DNA of 64,000 bases from an uncultured SAR86 cluster bacterium. GTDB lineage: Bacteria; Pseudomonadota; Gammaproteobacteria; Magnimaribacterales; D2472. Below the pieces are notes generated by a model that searched no databases, was not told the DNA's origin, and worked only from the letters and a program-made list of their open reading frames with translations. A program made the translations under genes and the position numbers. Each line of letters begins with the position of its first letter. Within the stretch, counting starts at the first letter, position 1. The DNA is taken from positions 512,511 through 576,510 of the forward strand of contig CALSSL010000001.1 in NCBI GenBank assembly GCA_943789005.1. Reading direction: 5' to 3'. This document shows positions 35,652 to 44,317 of the stretch, piece after piece.

Positions 35652-37043
35652 TTATTCAAAACCAGAATCAAAACTTACTTTAAAATTCATTGCCTCATTT
35701 ACTTTTTTTATTCGCATTGTTAGATAAGCCATTGGCCTATTACCCTTTACTCTATTGCAGTGCCCACATAACAACTGATAGTTTTCAATGCAGTCTGGAC
35801 CATTTTTATCTCGTGGTATTATATGATCAATCTCAAAATTTTTAATTCCAAAATCTTCATTACATCCATTACACTTCCCCTTTTGTTTTTTATAGAGTGC
35901 TTCTTTTACATTGCCTGATTTTTTTACTATCTTTACATCAGTTCTTTTTGGAAATTGAGAGGAATGCCCGAAATCATTAAACAAGCCTCCGTCTTGTTGA
36001 AGTCTGTCTATTAAAAACTTAGGTGATTTTTCACTAATATCAATTCCAATAAAATTTCTGTTAAGCTGTTGAGCCGCAACACAGGTGGTGGCTCCACCAC
36101 AAAAAGGATCAAGAATTATGTCACCCTCTTCTGAGCTTTGTTTAATAATACGATGCATTAGAGCCAATGGTTTTTGAGTGGGATATCCTAGATCTTCATC
36201 TCCTTTAACATACATAATATCATCCCAGGTTGCCTGAAGAGGAACACCTTTTGCTTCGTCAAGATATAGTTTCCTGTTAGCTAGACCTTTACTGCTGTAA
36301 TAGATTCTGTTGTTGTCATGAAGCTCTTTCATTGTTTCTTTTGGGACCCTCCATAGGTGATATCTCCCATTCCATTCATACTCATAACCACCACCTGCAA
36401 GACTTTTTGCATCTAGCGGCCCAGGTCTAAAGAGTCTCCCATCAACATCTTTATATCTATAACTCTTCTTTATATATTTTTCGTCATATTCTCCATACTG
36501 TTTATTCCACTTGTATTTCTTTGACATTACGTACCATAAAATTCTGTCATTGTTATTGCCTAGCCCTTTAGAATCATTTTTGGGGTTAGATCTTTTCCAT
36601 ACAATTTCAGACTTAAAATTGCTTTTACCAAATAGTCTGTCACATATTATTTTTAAATAGTGAGACGCAGTCGGATCACAATGAAGGTAGAAAGAACCGG
36701 TTGGCTTTAGAATTCTTTTCATAACTAAAATGCGCTGCGCCATATACGTTAGATATGCTTTCATACCATTTCCATGAATTTTTCCTACGGTTTGAATAAA
36801 CTGAACCATAAAAGGATATTTCTCGATCATTTCATCTAGATATTCAGTGTCTACATCTTTCCAAGTCCACATATCGTTAAAAGAAATTCCAGCAGCCTTA
36901 CTGCCTATAGGCGCTTCATATATTCTTTTTGAATTAAAAGGCGGGTCTAGATAAATTAAATCAATAGTATCTGTATTGATTCCATTCATAACATACAAAC
37001 AATCTCCAGTGTAAAGCATATTTGCATGTTTATTTTTTTTCAT
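35652..37043 (-). CDS. Beta-class N6-adenine/N4-cytosine DNA methyltransferase fused to a C-terminal HNH endonuclease domain
   Basis: 463 aa. Motif IV LDPPFNS is near the N-terminus. YPTQKP and motif I ILDPFCGGATT come late, which is the beta-class order. The C-terminal CNGC...FEIDHIIPRDKNG...ENYQLLCGHCNRVKG is a Cys4 HNH module. Confidence 0.9.
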   Translation of the reverse strand: MKKNKHANMLYTGDCLYVMNGINTDTIDLIYLDPPFNSKRIYEAPIGSKAAGISFNDMWTWKDVDTEYLDEMIEKYPFMVQFIQTVGKIHGNGMKAYLTYMAQRILVMKRILKPTGSFYLHCDPTASHYLKIICDRLFGKSNFKSEIVWKRSNPKNDSKGLGNNNDRILWYVMSKKYKWNKQYGEYDEKYIKKSYRYKDVDGRLFRPGPLDAKSLAGGGYEYEWNGRYHLWRVPKETMKELHDNNRIYYSSKGLANRKLYLDEAKGVPLQATWDDIMYVKGDEDLGYPTQKPLALMHRIIKQSSEEGDIILDPFCGGATTCVAAQQLNRNFIGIDISEKSPKFLIDRLQQDGGLFNDFGHSSQFPKRTDVKIVKKSGNVKEALYKKQKGKCNGCNEDFGIKNFEIDHIIPRDKNGPDCIENYQLLCGHCNRVKGNRPMAYLTMRIKKVNEAMNFKVSFDSGFE

Positions 37044-37053
37044 ATCATAATTC

Positions 37054-37074
37054 TACAACACTTATAGTGTAGTA
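37054..37074. promoter_or_regulatory. Candidate operator palindrome in the divergent MTase-HNH/KAP promoter region
   Basis: In TACAACACT-TAT-AGTGTAGTA, 8 of 9 positions are symmetric around a 3-nt centre. It lies within the 94-bp intergenic region. Confidence 0.4.
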
Positions 37075-37137
37075 AAGTTTTTTTGCAGATCGGAGCTAAT
37101 ATAGGTATATTAATAATCTATATAATGAGGGTATATT

Positions 37138-39228
37138 ATGGTTGGAATAGTAGATCAAGCACTTGAAGCGGGAGGCTCAGACAGCCTTGAAATTGCTTCT
37201 TATCATGAAGCATTAGTTGATTTTATTAAAAAAACGGACACGCCAATGACAATAGGTGTTCAAGGTGAGTGGGGAAGTGGCAAGACTTCTCTACTAAATC
37301 AAATATGGAACAGGCTTGAAGAATCTAATAACGAGCATGATGATGATGAGAATTTTTTACAAATATGGGTTAACTCATGGGAACATTCATTGCTTTGCAC
37401 ACCAGAAGAGTGCCTTTTAAAAATTGTAAACGAGATAATACAAGAATTATTAGAGGCCGATGTAGATAAAAGTAAAAAAGATAAAGTTAAAGAGGGAGTG
37501 CAAAGTTTAATGAGGGGTGCTCTAAGGATAGGATCTTCTTTGGCCGCTGGCAACGCAGGAACCCAGGCAGTTGATTCCATTTTTTCATCTGAGACAAATA
37601 CAATTAAAGAACTAAGAAGGCAGCTCAATTCATTGGTTGAAGAAATAAAAGAATTAGAATCAAATCCCTATCAAAGGGTTGTGGTTTATGTAGATGACCT
37701 TGACAGAATAGATCCAGAAGATGCCGTAAGCATTCTTGAATTATTAAAAAATATTTTTAATATTAAAGATTGTGTATTTGTTTTAGCTATTGACTATCAA
37801 GTCGTAGTAAAAGGATTAAAAGAAAAATTTGGTGACCCTACTCCTGAAAATGAATGGGAGTTCAGGTCGTTTTTTGACAAAATTATTCAGTTACCTTTTT
37901 CAATGCCGATGGGAAGCTATGACATTGGCAAGTACGTTCTAAGCCTTCTTGGTGATATTAATTATTATGAAAGTGACAACGATCAACTTGATGAAGAATT
38001 AATTAAATCATTAGTTACTTTATCAATTGGCACCAATCCCAGATCTATTAAAAGACTAATTAACTCTCTTAGCTTAATTAAAATACTTAATGATACAAAA
38101 AATGAATCAGGCTCAGTAGATGGAAGTACAATTGATAATAAAGATGTGGCAACAGTATTGTTAGCAATGGTTTGTTTACAAATTGCCAATTCTGATATTT
38201 ACGATATGTTAGTTGCAGAGCCAACATTTACAGACTCCTGGGATGACGATTTTGCATATAAAATTACTCAAGGAAAAGAAAAACGAGACAAGGCTTGGAA
38301 TGAAAATTTTAAACAAGCAGTAAGTTCAAAAGATTTTGATGAACCATGGGAGCAGTGCTTGTATAGAGTATGTTATGTAAATCCAAGACAAAGAAATAAC
38401 GCAATTAAATACTCAAGATTTCTTAGTGTGTTATCAGAGAACTACAAACCGCAAGAGTTTCAGAAATTTATTGCAACCGCTCTAAAAGAGACTGCTGTTA
38501 CCGCAGTCTCAGCCACCGACAAACCAAATGTAAGGCCTCCAAGGGGCTCCTTCAAGCCTCATTTTAATCTTGGTATAGACGACTGGGTGCTAAGAGTCAA
38601 AGAAGATAATCCTGGTTATGAGGACTGCCCAAAAGAATCCTCTTTAGATGTAATTAAATTATTTGTTGATACATATAAGAATTCTTACAATGCTGTAGAT
38701 GAAAAATCAGAAGAAAATAAAAACGGCGATATTGAACATACTATAAAGTATGCTGGAGGAGTAACACTTTATAAAAATAAGAAAAAGTTTCTTGGTATTG
38801 GAATCTCAAGAAATCAAAAGGGTGAATCTGTATTTATAGAGGTACATAAAAACGCTAAAGACAATCAGATGCCTCTTAATTTTTCTTCTACTGGGCTAAG
38901 TTTTACTCATGGCGGAGTTCTCGAGATAACTGATATCGAAAATAAAAAGATTAAAGGAAATTGCGGTTATATAGAATGGATGTTTGCACGTTTTGATCCT
39001 ACAGATATTTCAATATCTCAAGAACTTATTAAATTTTTATATAAATACTCGATGGAGGGCCTTAAACAAAGAATAGACAAGGACAAAAGATTCATAGTAT
39101 ATGACACAATGAAAAAGCATCTTCAAAATTTCAAAAATAAAAGAAGAAACTCAAATGATTTTAAAGAAGCTGTAGAGGCCATTCAAAGTTTTTACGATCT
39201 AAATAAGATAAAAGTGATTGAACTATAA
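37138..39228 (+). CDS. KAP-family P-loop NTPase with an unassigned C-terminal domain of about 230 aa
   Basis: 696 aa. Walker A GVQGEWGSGKTSLLNQI. Walker B with the KAP signature VVVYVDDLDRIDPEDAVSILELLKNIF, then NPRSIKRLINS. No obvious TM insert between Walker A and B. Confidence 0.85.
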   Translation: MVGIVDQALEAGGSDSLEIASYHEALVDFIKKTDTPMTIGVQGEWGSGKTSLLNQIWNRLEESNNEHDDDENFLQIWVNSWEHSLLCTPEECLLKIVNEIIQELLEADVDKSKKDKVKEGVQSLMRGALRIGSSLAAGNAGTQAVDSIFSSETNTIKELRRQLNSLVEEIKELESNPYQRVVVYVDDLDRIDPEDAVSILELLKNIFNIKDCVFVLAIDYQVVVKGLKEKFGDPTPENEWEFRSFFDKIIQLPFSMPMGSYDIGKYVLSLLGDINYYESDNDQLDEELIKSLVTLSIGTNPRSIKRLINSLSLIKILNDTKNESGSVDGSTIDNKDVATVLLAMVCLQIANSDIYDMLVAEPTFTDSWDDDFAYKITQGKEKRDKAWNENFKQAVSSKDFDEPWEQCLYRVCYVNPRQRNNAIKYSRFLSVLSENYKPQEFQKFIATALKETAVTAVSATDKPNVRPPRGSFKPHFNLGIDDWVLRVKEDNPGYEDCPKESSLDVIKLFVDTYKNSYNAVDEKSEENKNGDIEHTIKYAGGVTLYKNKKKFLGIGISRNQKGESVFIEVHKNAKDNQMPLNFSSTGLSFTHGGVLEITDIENKKIKGNCGYIEWMFARFDPTDISISQELIKFLYKYSMEGLKQRIDKDKRFIVYDTMKKHLQNFKNKRRNSNDFKEAVEAIQSFYDLNKIKVIEL

Positions 39229-39268
39229 TCTGGTATGCGCCTCTTATGCATGAATTTAAATAAAATTA

Positions 39269-39832
39269 ATGATATCTAAATCTAGTTTTATTCTTGGGCA
39301 ACAATGCTATAAATCATTTTGGTTCGATATCAATAATGAAGAACCAACCAATCCGCCTGATGAGGGAGCACTAGAAAGACTTAGTGCAGGTAATGAGGTG
39401 GGTGAAATATCAAAGGAGCTCTTCCCAAATGGCAAAGAAGTGCCTTATTTTTCAGGTGAACCTTTAAAGATGGCAATGCTAACCAAAGAATATATTGAGG
39501 AAGGCATCACTTCAATATATGAAGCATCTTTTATATACGACGATATATTTGTAAGAGTAGACCTTATGAATAAAACAGATAAAGGGTGGGATATTTATGA
39601 AGTTAAGTCATCTACACGCATAAGAAGCTATCATGAATATGATGTAAGTATTCAATGGCATGTTCTTAAAAGTTTAAATCTAATAGAGCTTAACGATGCA
39701 TTTATTGTGACTCTCAATAATCAATTTTCGAAGAGCGATCGCATAAACCCAATAAAACTTTTTAATATTGATTCTGTTAAACAAATTGCAGAAGAGAATC
39801 AGCCCGAAGTTATAGAAAAAATTCGTCTGTGA
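39269..39832 (+). pseudogene. DUF2779/Cas4-like PD-(D/E)xK nuclease, N-terminal half only
   Basis: 187 aa. SKSSFILGQQCYKSFWF, YEASF, and VDLM...WDIYEVKSS (D...E-x-K nuclease core). Family members are typically more than twice this length and carry a C-terminal Cys cluster that is absent here. Confidence 0.6.
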
Positions 39833-40120
39833 ATATGTTTTCTTTCCTAAATTATCTTGAATAGACTCTGCTAGCAAAGATGCTGCAAAAGCAACCCTTG
39901 CTAGAGGAACTGTGCTATTAGAAACATGTTCAATTGACTCAGCTAAGTTAGACATACCTTCGGCCATATAGGCCAATTTTTTATCCATGTCTCTTTCTCT
40001 TTTTGCATAGTCAAACTGTCTTTTAGCATCACTAGCTTTTCTAGAGGCTCTGTCTGACTCGCTTCTAACATCACTATTAGCTGACCCAGCAACAGAAGCT
40101 CTTACTAACCATCTAAGCAT
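39680..40120 (-). CDS. Hypothetical helical protein; the last ~50 codons are probably read-through into antisense of 39269-39832
   Basis: AAGGGAG lies 6 nt upstream of ATG 40120. The first ~95 aa are protein-like (charged, helical). The tail NFFYNFGLILFCNLFNRINIKKFYW... has junk-like composition and overlaps the converging ORF by about 150 nt. Confidence 0.45.
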   Translation of the reverse strand: MLRWLVRASVAGSANSDVRSESDRASRKASDAKRQFDYAKRERDMDKKLAYMAEGMSNLAESIEHVSNSTVPLARVAFAASLLAESIQDNLGKKTYSQTNFFYNFGLILFCNLFNRINIKKFYWVYAIALRKLIIESHNKCIVKLY

Positions 40121-40146
40121 ATTTAACTCCCTTAATTAAAAATTAA

Positions 40147-40485
40147 TTAGAAAATTTTTTTTATTAGAAAGTGATATGTTGCAACAACCAAGTCGTCTTT
40201 TAAAGATTCACCACCTTTAACCCTATAATCTTTTACATTTCCAATTCTTCTTCCAGAACCAATACTTTGTCCGTCATACACATAACCATTTTTTACGTTA
40301 CCAACTTTTTTTCCAGTACCAATACTTTGTCCGTCATATATCACGCCATTTTTTACATTACCAACTTTTTTTCCAGTACCAATACTTTGTCCGTCATATA
40401 TAACGTCATTTTTTATATTTCCAATTTTTCTTCCAGACCCAGGGCTTGATCCGTCAAAAAATACACCATTTTTAAAATTCGCCAT
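40147..40485 (-). CDS. Tandem 20-aa Gly-rich repeat protein
   Basis: 112 aa with five consecutive units of the type GNVKNGVIYDGQSIGTGKKV, followed by a short C-terminal tail. Confidence 0.7.
   Translation of the reverse strand: MANFKNGVFFDGSSPGSGRKIGNIKNDVIYDGQSIGTGKKVGNVKNGVIYDGQSIGTGKKVGNVKNGYVYDGQSIGSGRRIGNVKDYRVKGGESLKDDLVVATYHFLIKKIF
40231..40485. repeat. 60-bp coding tandem repeat (3 near-identical units plus 2 diverged flanking units)
   Basis: Units 40261-40320, 40321-40380 and 40381-40440 all begin AATACTTTGTCCGTCATA and differ at only a few positions. Confidence 0.9.
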
Positions 40486-40553
40486 ATTTTAGTCTCCAAG
40501 TTTATTATTAAAATAATTTAATATGTTTCTTTTATAAACGCAAATTTATTTAA

Positions 40554-40709
40554 TTAATAGTGTGGCGGCCTCTCATAATTAATTGGTTCAAAGTCAGGCT
40601 TCTTCTCTTTCTCTTTAAACCTTTTGTATCTTGATGTTACGTCAGCACAATCATCTGCTGCCGATGGGATTTTTTCTATTTTATTATTTTTAGATTTGGG
40701 ATTACCCAT
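40554..40709 (-). CDS. Possible 51-aa basic peptide (not in the ORF track)
   Basis: MGNPKSKNNKIEKIPSAADDCADVTSRYKRFKEKEKKPDFEPINYERPPHY. AGGAAT lies upstream. Same strand as the flanking operon genes. Confidence 0.3.
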   Translation of the reverse strand: MGNPKSKNNKIEKIPSAADDCADVTSRYKRFKEKEKKPDFEPINYERPPHY

Positions 40710-40720
40710 ATTTTATATTC

Positions 40721-40825
40721 CTATGGCCAATCAATAGTAAACTTGTCTGCTCCTACGCTTATAGCTTTTGTTGCAGTTCCACGTATTGTAAAGCTAGATT
40801 TTATATTTAATAACAGTTCTCTCAT
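40721..40825 (-). CDS. Possible 34-aa micro-ORF translationally coupled to the MazG-like gene
   Basis: Its ATG overlaps the upstream TGA (ATGA at 40822-40825). It reads MRELLLNIKSSFTIRGTATKAISVGADKFTIDWP. Confidence 0.25.
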   Translation of the reverse strand: MRELLLNIKSSFTIRGTATKAISVGADKFTIDWP

Positions 40826-41238
40826 AAGTCACCTTCCTTTCTTACCTCACTTCTTTGGACTTCAAATTTTTCACCATATCTTGCTTCTAATTTCTTTTGA
40901 TTTTCACTTATGACCTCAAAAGGATCTAATCCAAGAGATGCACATGCTGTGGTCCAATACCATATTATGTCTCCTAACTCCCTTTTCATATGAAAGATAT
41001 TATCTTCAGATGCTGGTTTTCCCTGAAGAACCATTTTTTTTACTATTTCTACAAATTCACCCGTTTCACTACCAAGCCCCAATGCTGCAGTTAATAATCT
41101 TGGCATTTTAATTGATGAATTTAATTCAATTTCATCCATGCTCTTTTTTAAAGCTTCTATGTCTAAACTAGGCTCGCTGGTTACCTTAGTAACAAAATCA
41201 CTATAGGTAGCAAAAAAATCTTTTACTTCTTGGCTCAT
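40822..41238 (-). CDS. MazG-like all-alpha nucleoside triphosphate pyrophosphohydrolase
   Basis: 138 aa. LGLGSETGEFVEIVKK (ExxE) and RELGDIIWYW (ExxD) form the MazG metal-binding signature. Confidence 0.8.
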   Translation of the reverse strand: MSQEVKDFFATYSDFVTKVTSEPSLDIEALKKSMDEIELNSSIKMPRLLTAALGLGSETGEFVEIVKKMVLQGKPASEDNIFHMKRELGDIIWYWTTACASLGLDPFEVISENQKKLEARYGEKFEVQRSEVRKEGDL

Positions 41239-41258
41239 TAATCTCTCCTGTAATTAAA

Positions 41259-42101
41259 TTATTTTATTTTTAATGACCTTTGACTATCAACTATATTATA
41301 TAAATGTTCTTGTGCTTCTGGTTTTAACTGGGCAATACCCATGGTCATGACATCGATAACGGCCGTGTATGCAATTCTAGAAGTATGAGGTTTTGTAATT
41401 CTATAGTTATCTCCAACATTGATGCTGATTGGATAATCGCAAATATTTGCTAATGGAGTATTTTCAGGCATTATTCCAACAACCTTAACTCCAGACTTCT
41501 TTAAAATTTTTACACTGTCTATTAGGGCTGAAGTTGTTCCAGATTGTGATATAGCCAACACTACATCATTTTTAGAAAGAGAATTAGCTGACATTAATTG
41601 GATATGAGGATCTGAAATAAATGATGATGATATTTTTAATCTAAAAAATTTATGCTGTGCATCCATAGCCACAGGAGCTGAACCGCCAAACGCATAAACT
41701 TCAACCCTTTTAGCATTTGCCAATGCCTCAATTGCTGATTCAAGAATATCTTGATCAATTTGAGATCTAACATTTAATATCTCGCTTATAGTAGTGTCAA
41801 AGACTTTCTCACATAATTCATGAATGCTGTCGTCTTCTTCAATCTCATACATCACAAAATAATCGTCAGCTGCTAATTGTTGAGATAGATTAATTTTAAA
41901 CTCTTGATAGCCTGAGAAACCCAATGCCTTACAAAACCTAATTAATGTTGGTTCGCTAATACCCATTGCAGATGAGGCTTCTGCAGTCTTCATGGTTACT
42001 ATAGATTTAGGATTTTTAAGAACAAAATCTGCTACTAGTTTTTCAGATTTCCTTAATTCAGGAAGAGTATTTTTAATTTGTCTCAATAATTTTGTTGGCA
42101 T
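41259..42101 (-). CDS. MurR/RpiR family transcriptional regulator (HTH + SIS domain)
   Basis: 280 aa. N-terminal LRKSEKLVADFVLKNP...ISEPTLIRFCKALGFSGYQEFK, and C-terminal SIS region (AISQSGTTS). Confidence 0.9.
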   Translation of the reverse strand: MPTKLLRQIKNTLPELRKSEKLVADFVLKNPKSIVTMKTAEASSAMGISEPTLIRFCKALGFSGYQEFKINLSQQLAADDYFVMYEIEEDDSIHELCEKVFDTTISEILNVRSQIDQDILESAIEALANAKRVEVYAFGGSAPVAMDAQHKFFRLKISSSFISDPHIQLMSANSLSKNDVVLAISQSGTTSALIDSVKILKKSGVKVVGIMPENTPLANICDYPISINVGDNYRITKPHTSRIAYTAVIDVMTMGIAQLKPEAQEHLYNIVDSQRSLKIK

Positions 42102-42143
42102 AAGGTTAGAATATCTCTCTTAAACAAAAAAATGAATCCCTAA

Positions 42144-44317
42144 ATGGACGTATCTCACATTTTAGAACATCTTAATGACCAGCAACGAGAAGCTGTTACG
42201 TCTGAAAAACAACATTTAATGGTACTTGCTGGGGCTGGCTCAGGAAAAACTAGAGTATTGGTTCATAAAATAGCATGGGAAGTAGAAGCACTTAGAAAAA
42301 ATCCTGCCTCTATTATGGCTGTGACTTTTACAAACAAAGCTGCACTTGAAATGCGATCAAGAATTGAAGAATTACTTGAAGCGCCAATGATGGATGGTTG
42401 GGTGGGTACCTTCCATGGCCTAGCTCATAGAATGTTGAAGAGATTTCATAAAGAGGCAAGTCTCAACAGTGGATTCACAATATTAGACTCAGACGATCAG
42501 CTACGGATTATTAAAAGAATCTCCAAAGAGCTGGGTTTTGATGAATCAGTATGGCCTTCTAGGCAGACACAGTGGCAAATTAATGCATGGAAAGATGAGG
42601 GTTTTAGAAGCAATTTAGTAGATGATAAAGGAGATTACTTTAAAGAAAGTATTAATAAAGTTTATAAGGAATATGAAAAAACATGTATTCGTGACAATCT
42701 TGTAGACTTCGGAGAACTTCTTCTCAGATCATTTGAAATCGTTCGAGACAATGAATCAGTTAGAACTTTTTTTCACTCTAGGTTTAAATCTATTTTAGTG
42801 GATGAATTTCAAGACACTAACACCATTCAATACAATTGGTTGCTTGAAATAGCATCAGATCAAGCATCTTTGACTGCTGTTGGAGACGATGATCAATCTA
42901 TCTATGGATGGAGAGGGGCAAAAGTTGAGAATGTAGATTCTTTCACAAAGACTTTTGAAGATACAGAGATCATAAGACTTGAACAAAATTATAGATCAAC
43001 AAATATAATTCTAGGGGCTGCTAATGCGCTTATCGAAAATAATACAGACAGACTTGGCAAGAATCTTTGGACTGAAAAACTTGAAGGCGAGCAAATAATT
43101 TTATACCAGGCATATAACGAACAAGACGAGGCAAGATTTGTTGCAGACATTTTAAAAGACTGGATGAATAAAGGAGAGATGTATGAGGATGCGGCAGTTC
43201 TTTATAGATCAAATGCCCAATCAAGAGCTCTAGAAGAAGCATTATTAAGATCTAGTATTCCATATAGAATTTACGGCGGTCAGAGATTCTATGAGCGTAT
43301 GGAAATCAAGAACGCTATAGCCTACTTAAAAATTATCTTTAATAATTCTGATAACCCAGCTTTTGAAAGATCAATCTCAAATCCTACAAGAGGCGTTGGT
43401 GAAAAGACGTTAGCAAAAATTAGAACTGCTGCAAATCAATATAATATTTCATACATAAAGGCTTCTGCTAAATTAATAGATGATGGATCTATATCTGGCA
43501 GAGGAGGGACTGGATTAAAATCTTATCTCGAGTTTATTTCTAGATGTAAAGAATTTATCGAAGAAAACCCTTTATCTGATTTAATGGAAGAGATAATTAA
43601 AACATCTGGCCTAGTTGCATATCATGCAAAAGAGCCAGGTGAAAAGGGTAAAACAAGAGTAGAAAATTTAGAAGAGCTTGTTTCGGCTACAACTAATTTT
43701 GAACAAAGTATTAGGGAAGACAAAACAAATAAAGAAATTGCAGAGCAATACTTAGATATGATTTCTTTGATTCTGGAGATCGACAAGCTTCAGAGCATGA
43801 TGATGCTGCCCAACTAATGACTCTTCATTCTGCCAAGGGATTAGAATTCAAGCTCGTGTTAATGACAGGACTTGAAGAGAGTCTTTTTCCTCATGGGAGG
43901 TCTATGGAGAACCCAGCCCAGTTGCAAGAGGAAAGAAGGTTGTGTTATGTAGGCATAACAAGAGCTATGGAAAAGTTATATATAACTCATGCTGAATCTA
44001 GAAGGTTGCATGGCTCAGATACTTTTAATCCTCCTTCAAGATTTTTAAAGGAAATTCCAAAAGATCTTATAAATGAGATAAGACCTAGAGCACAAACTCA
44101 TATCCCTTATAATAGAAAAGACTTCAGTGAAACCAAGCTTGAGTTTGAAGATGAGATTGGAATCTCATTGGGTCAAAGAGTTCTTCATAAAAAATTTGGT
44201 GAGGGTGTAGTTTTGAATTATGAAGGCTCTGGTGAGGCAGCTAGAGTTCAAGTTAATTTCAGCAAAGCGGGTACTAAATGGTTGGTTATGGCTTATGCAA
44301 ATTTAGAGAAAATATAA
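42144..44317 (+). pseudogene. uvrD: UvrD-type SF1A DNA helicase II, interrupted by a single-nt frame change near 43767-43771
   Basis: LNDQQREAV, AGAGSGKT, VDEFQDTN and QNYRS lie in the first ORF. LMTLHSAKGLEF and VGITRA lie in the second. The frames join as ...YLDMIS(L/F)DSGDRQASEHDDAAQLMTLH. Confidence 0.85.

Noticed and set aside
40231-40485. The regular 60-bp repeats could be a CRISPR array.
   Set aside because: The repeats are directly tandem with no unique spacers. They lie entirely inside a continuous ORF and encode a 20-aa protein repeat. No cas genes are nearby.
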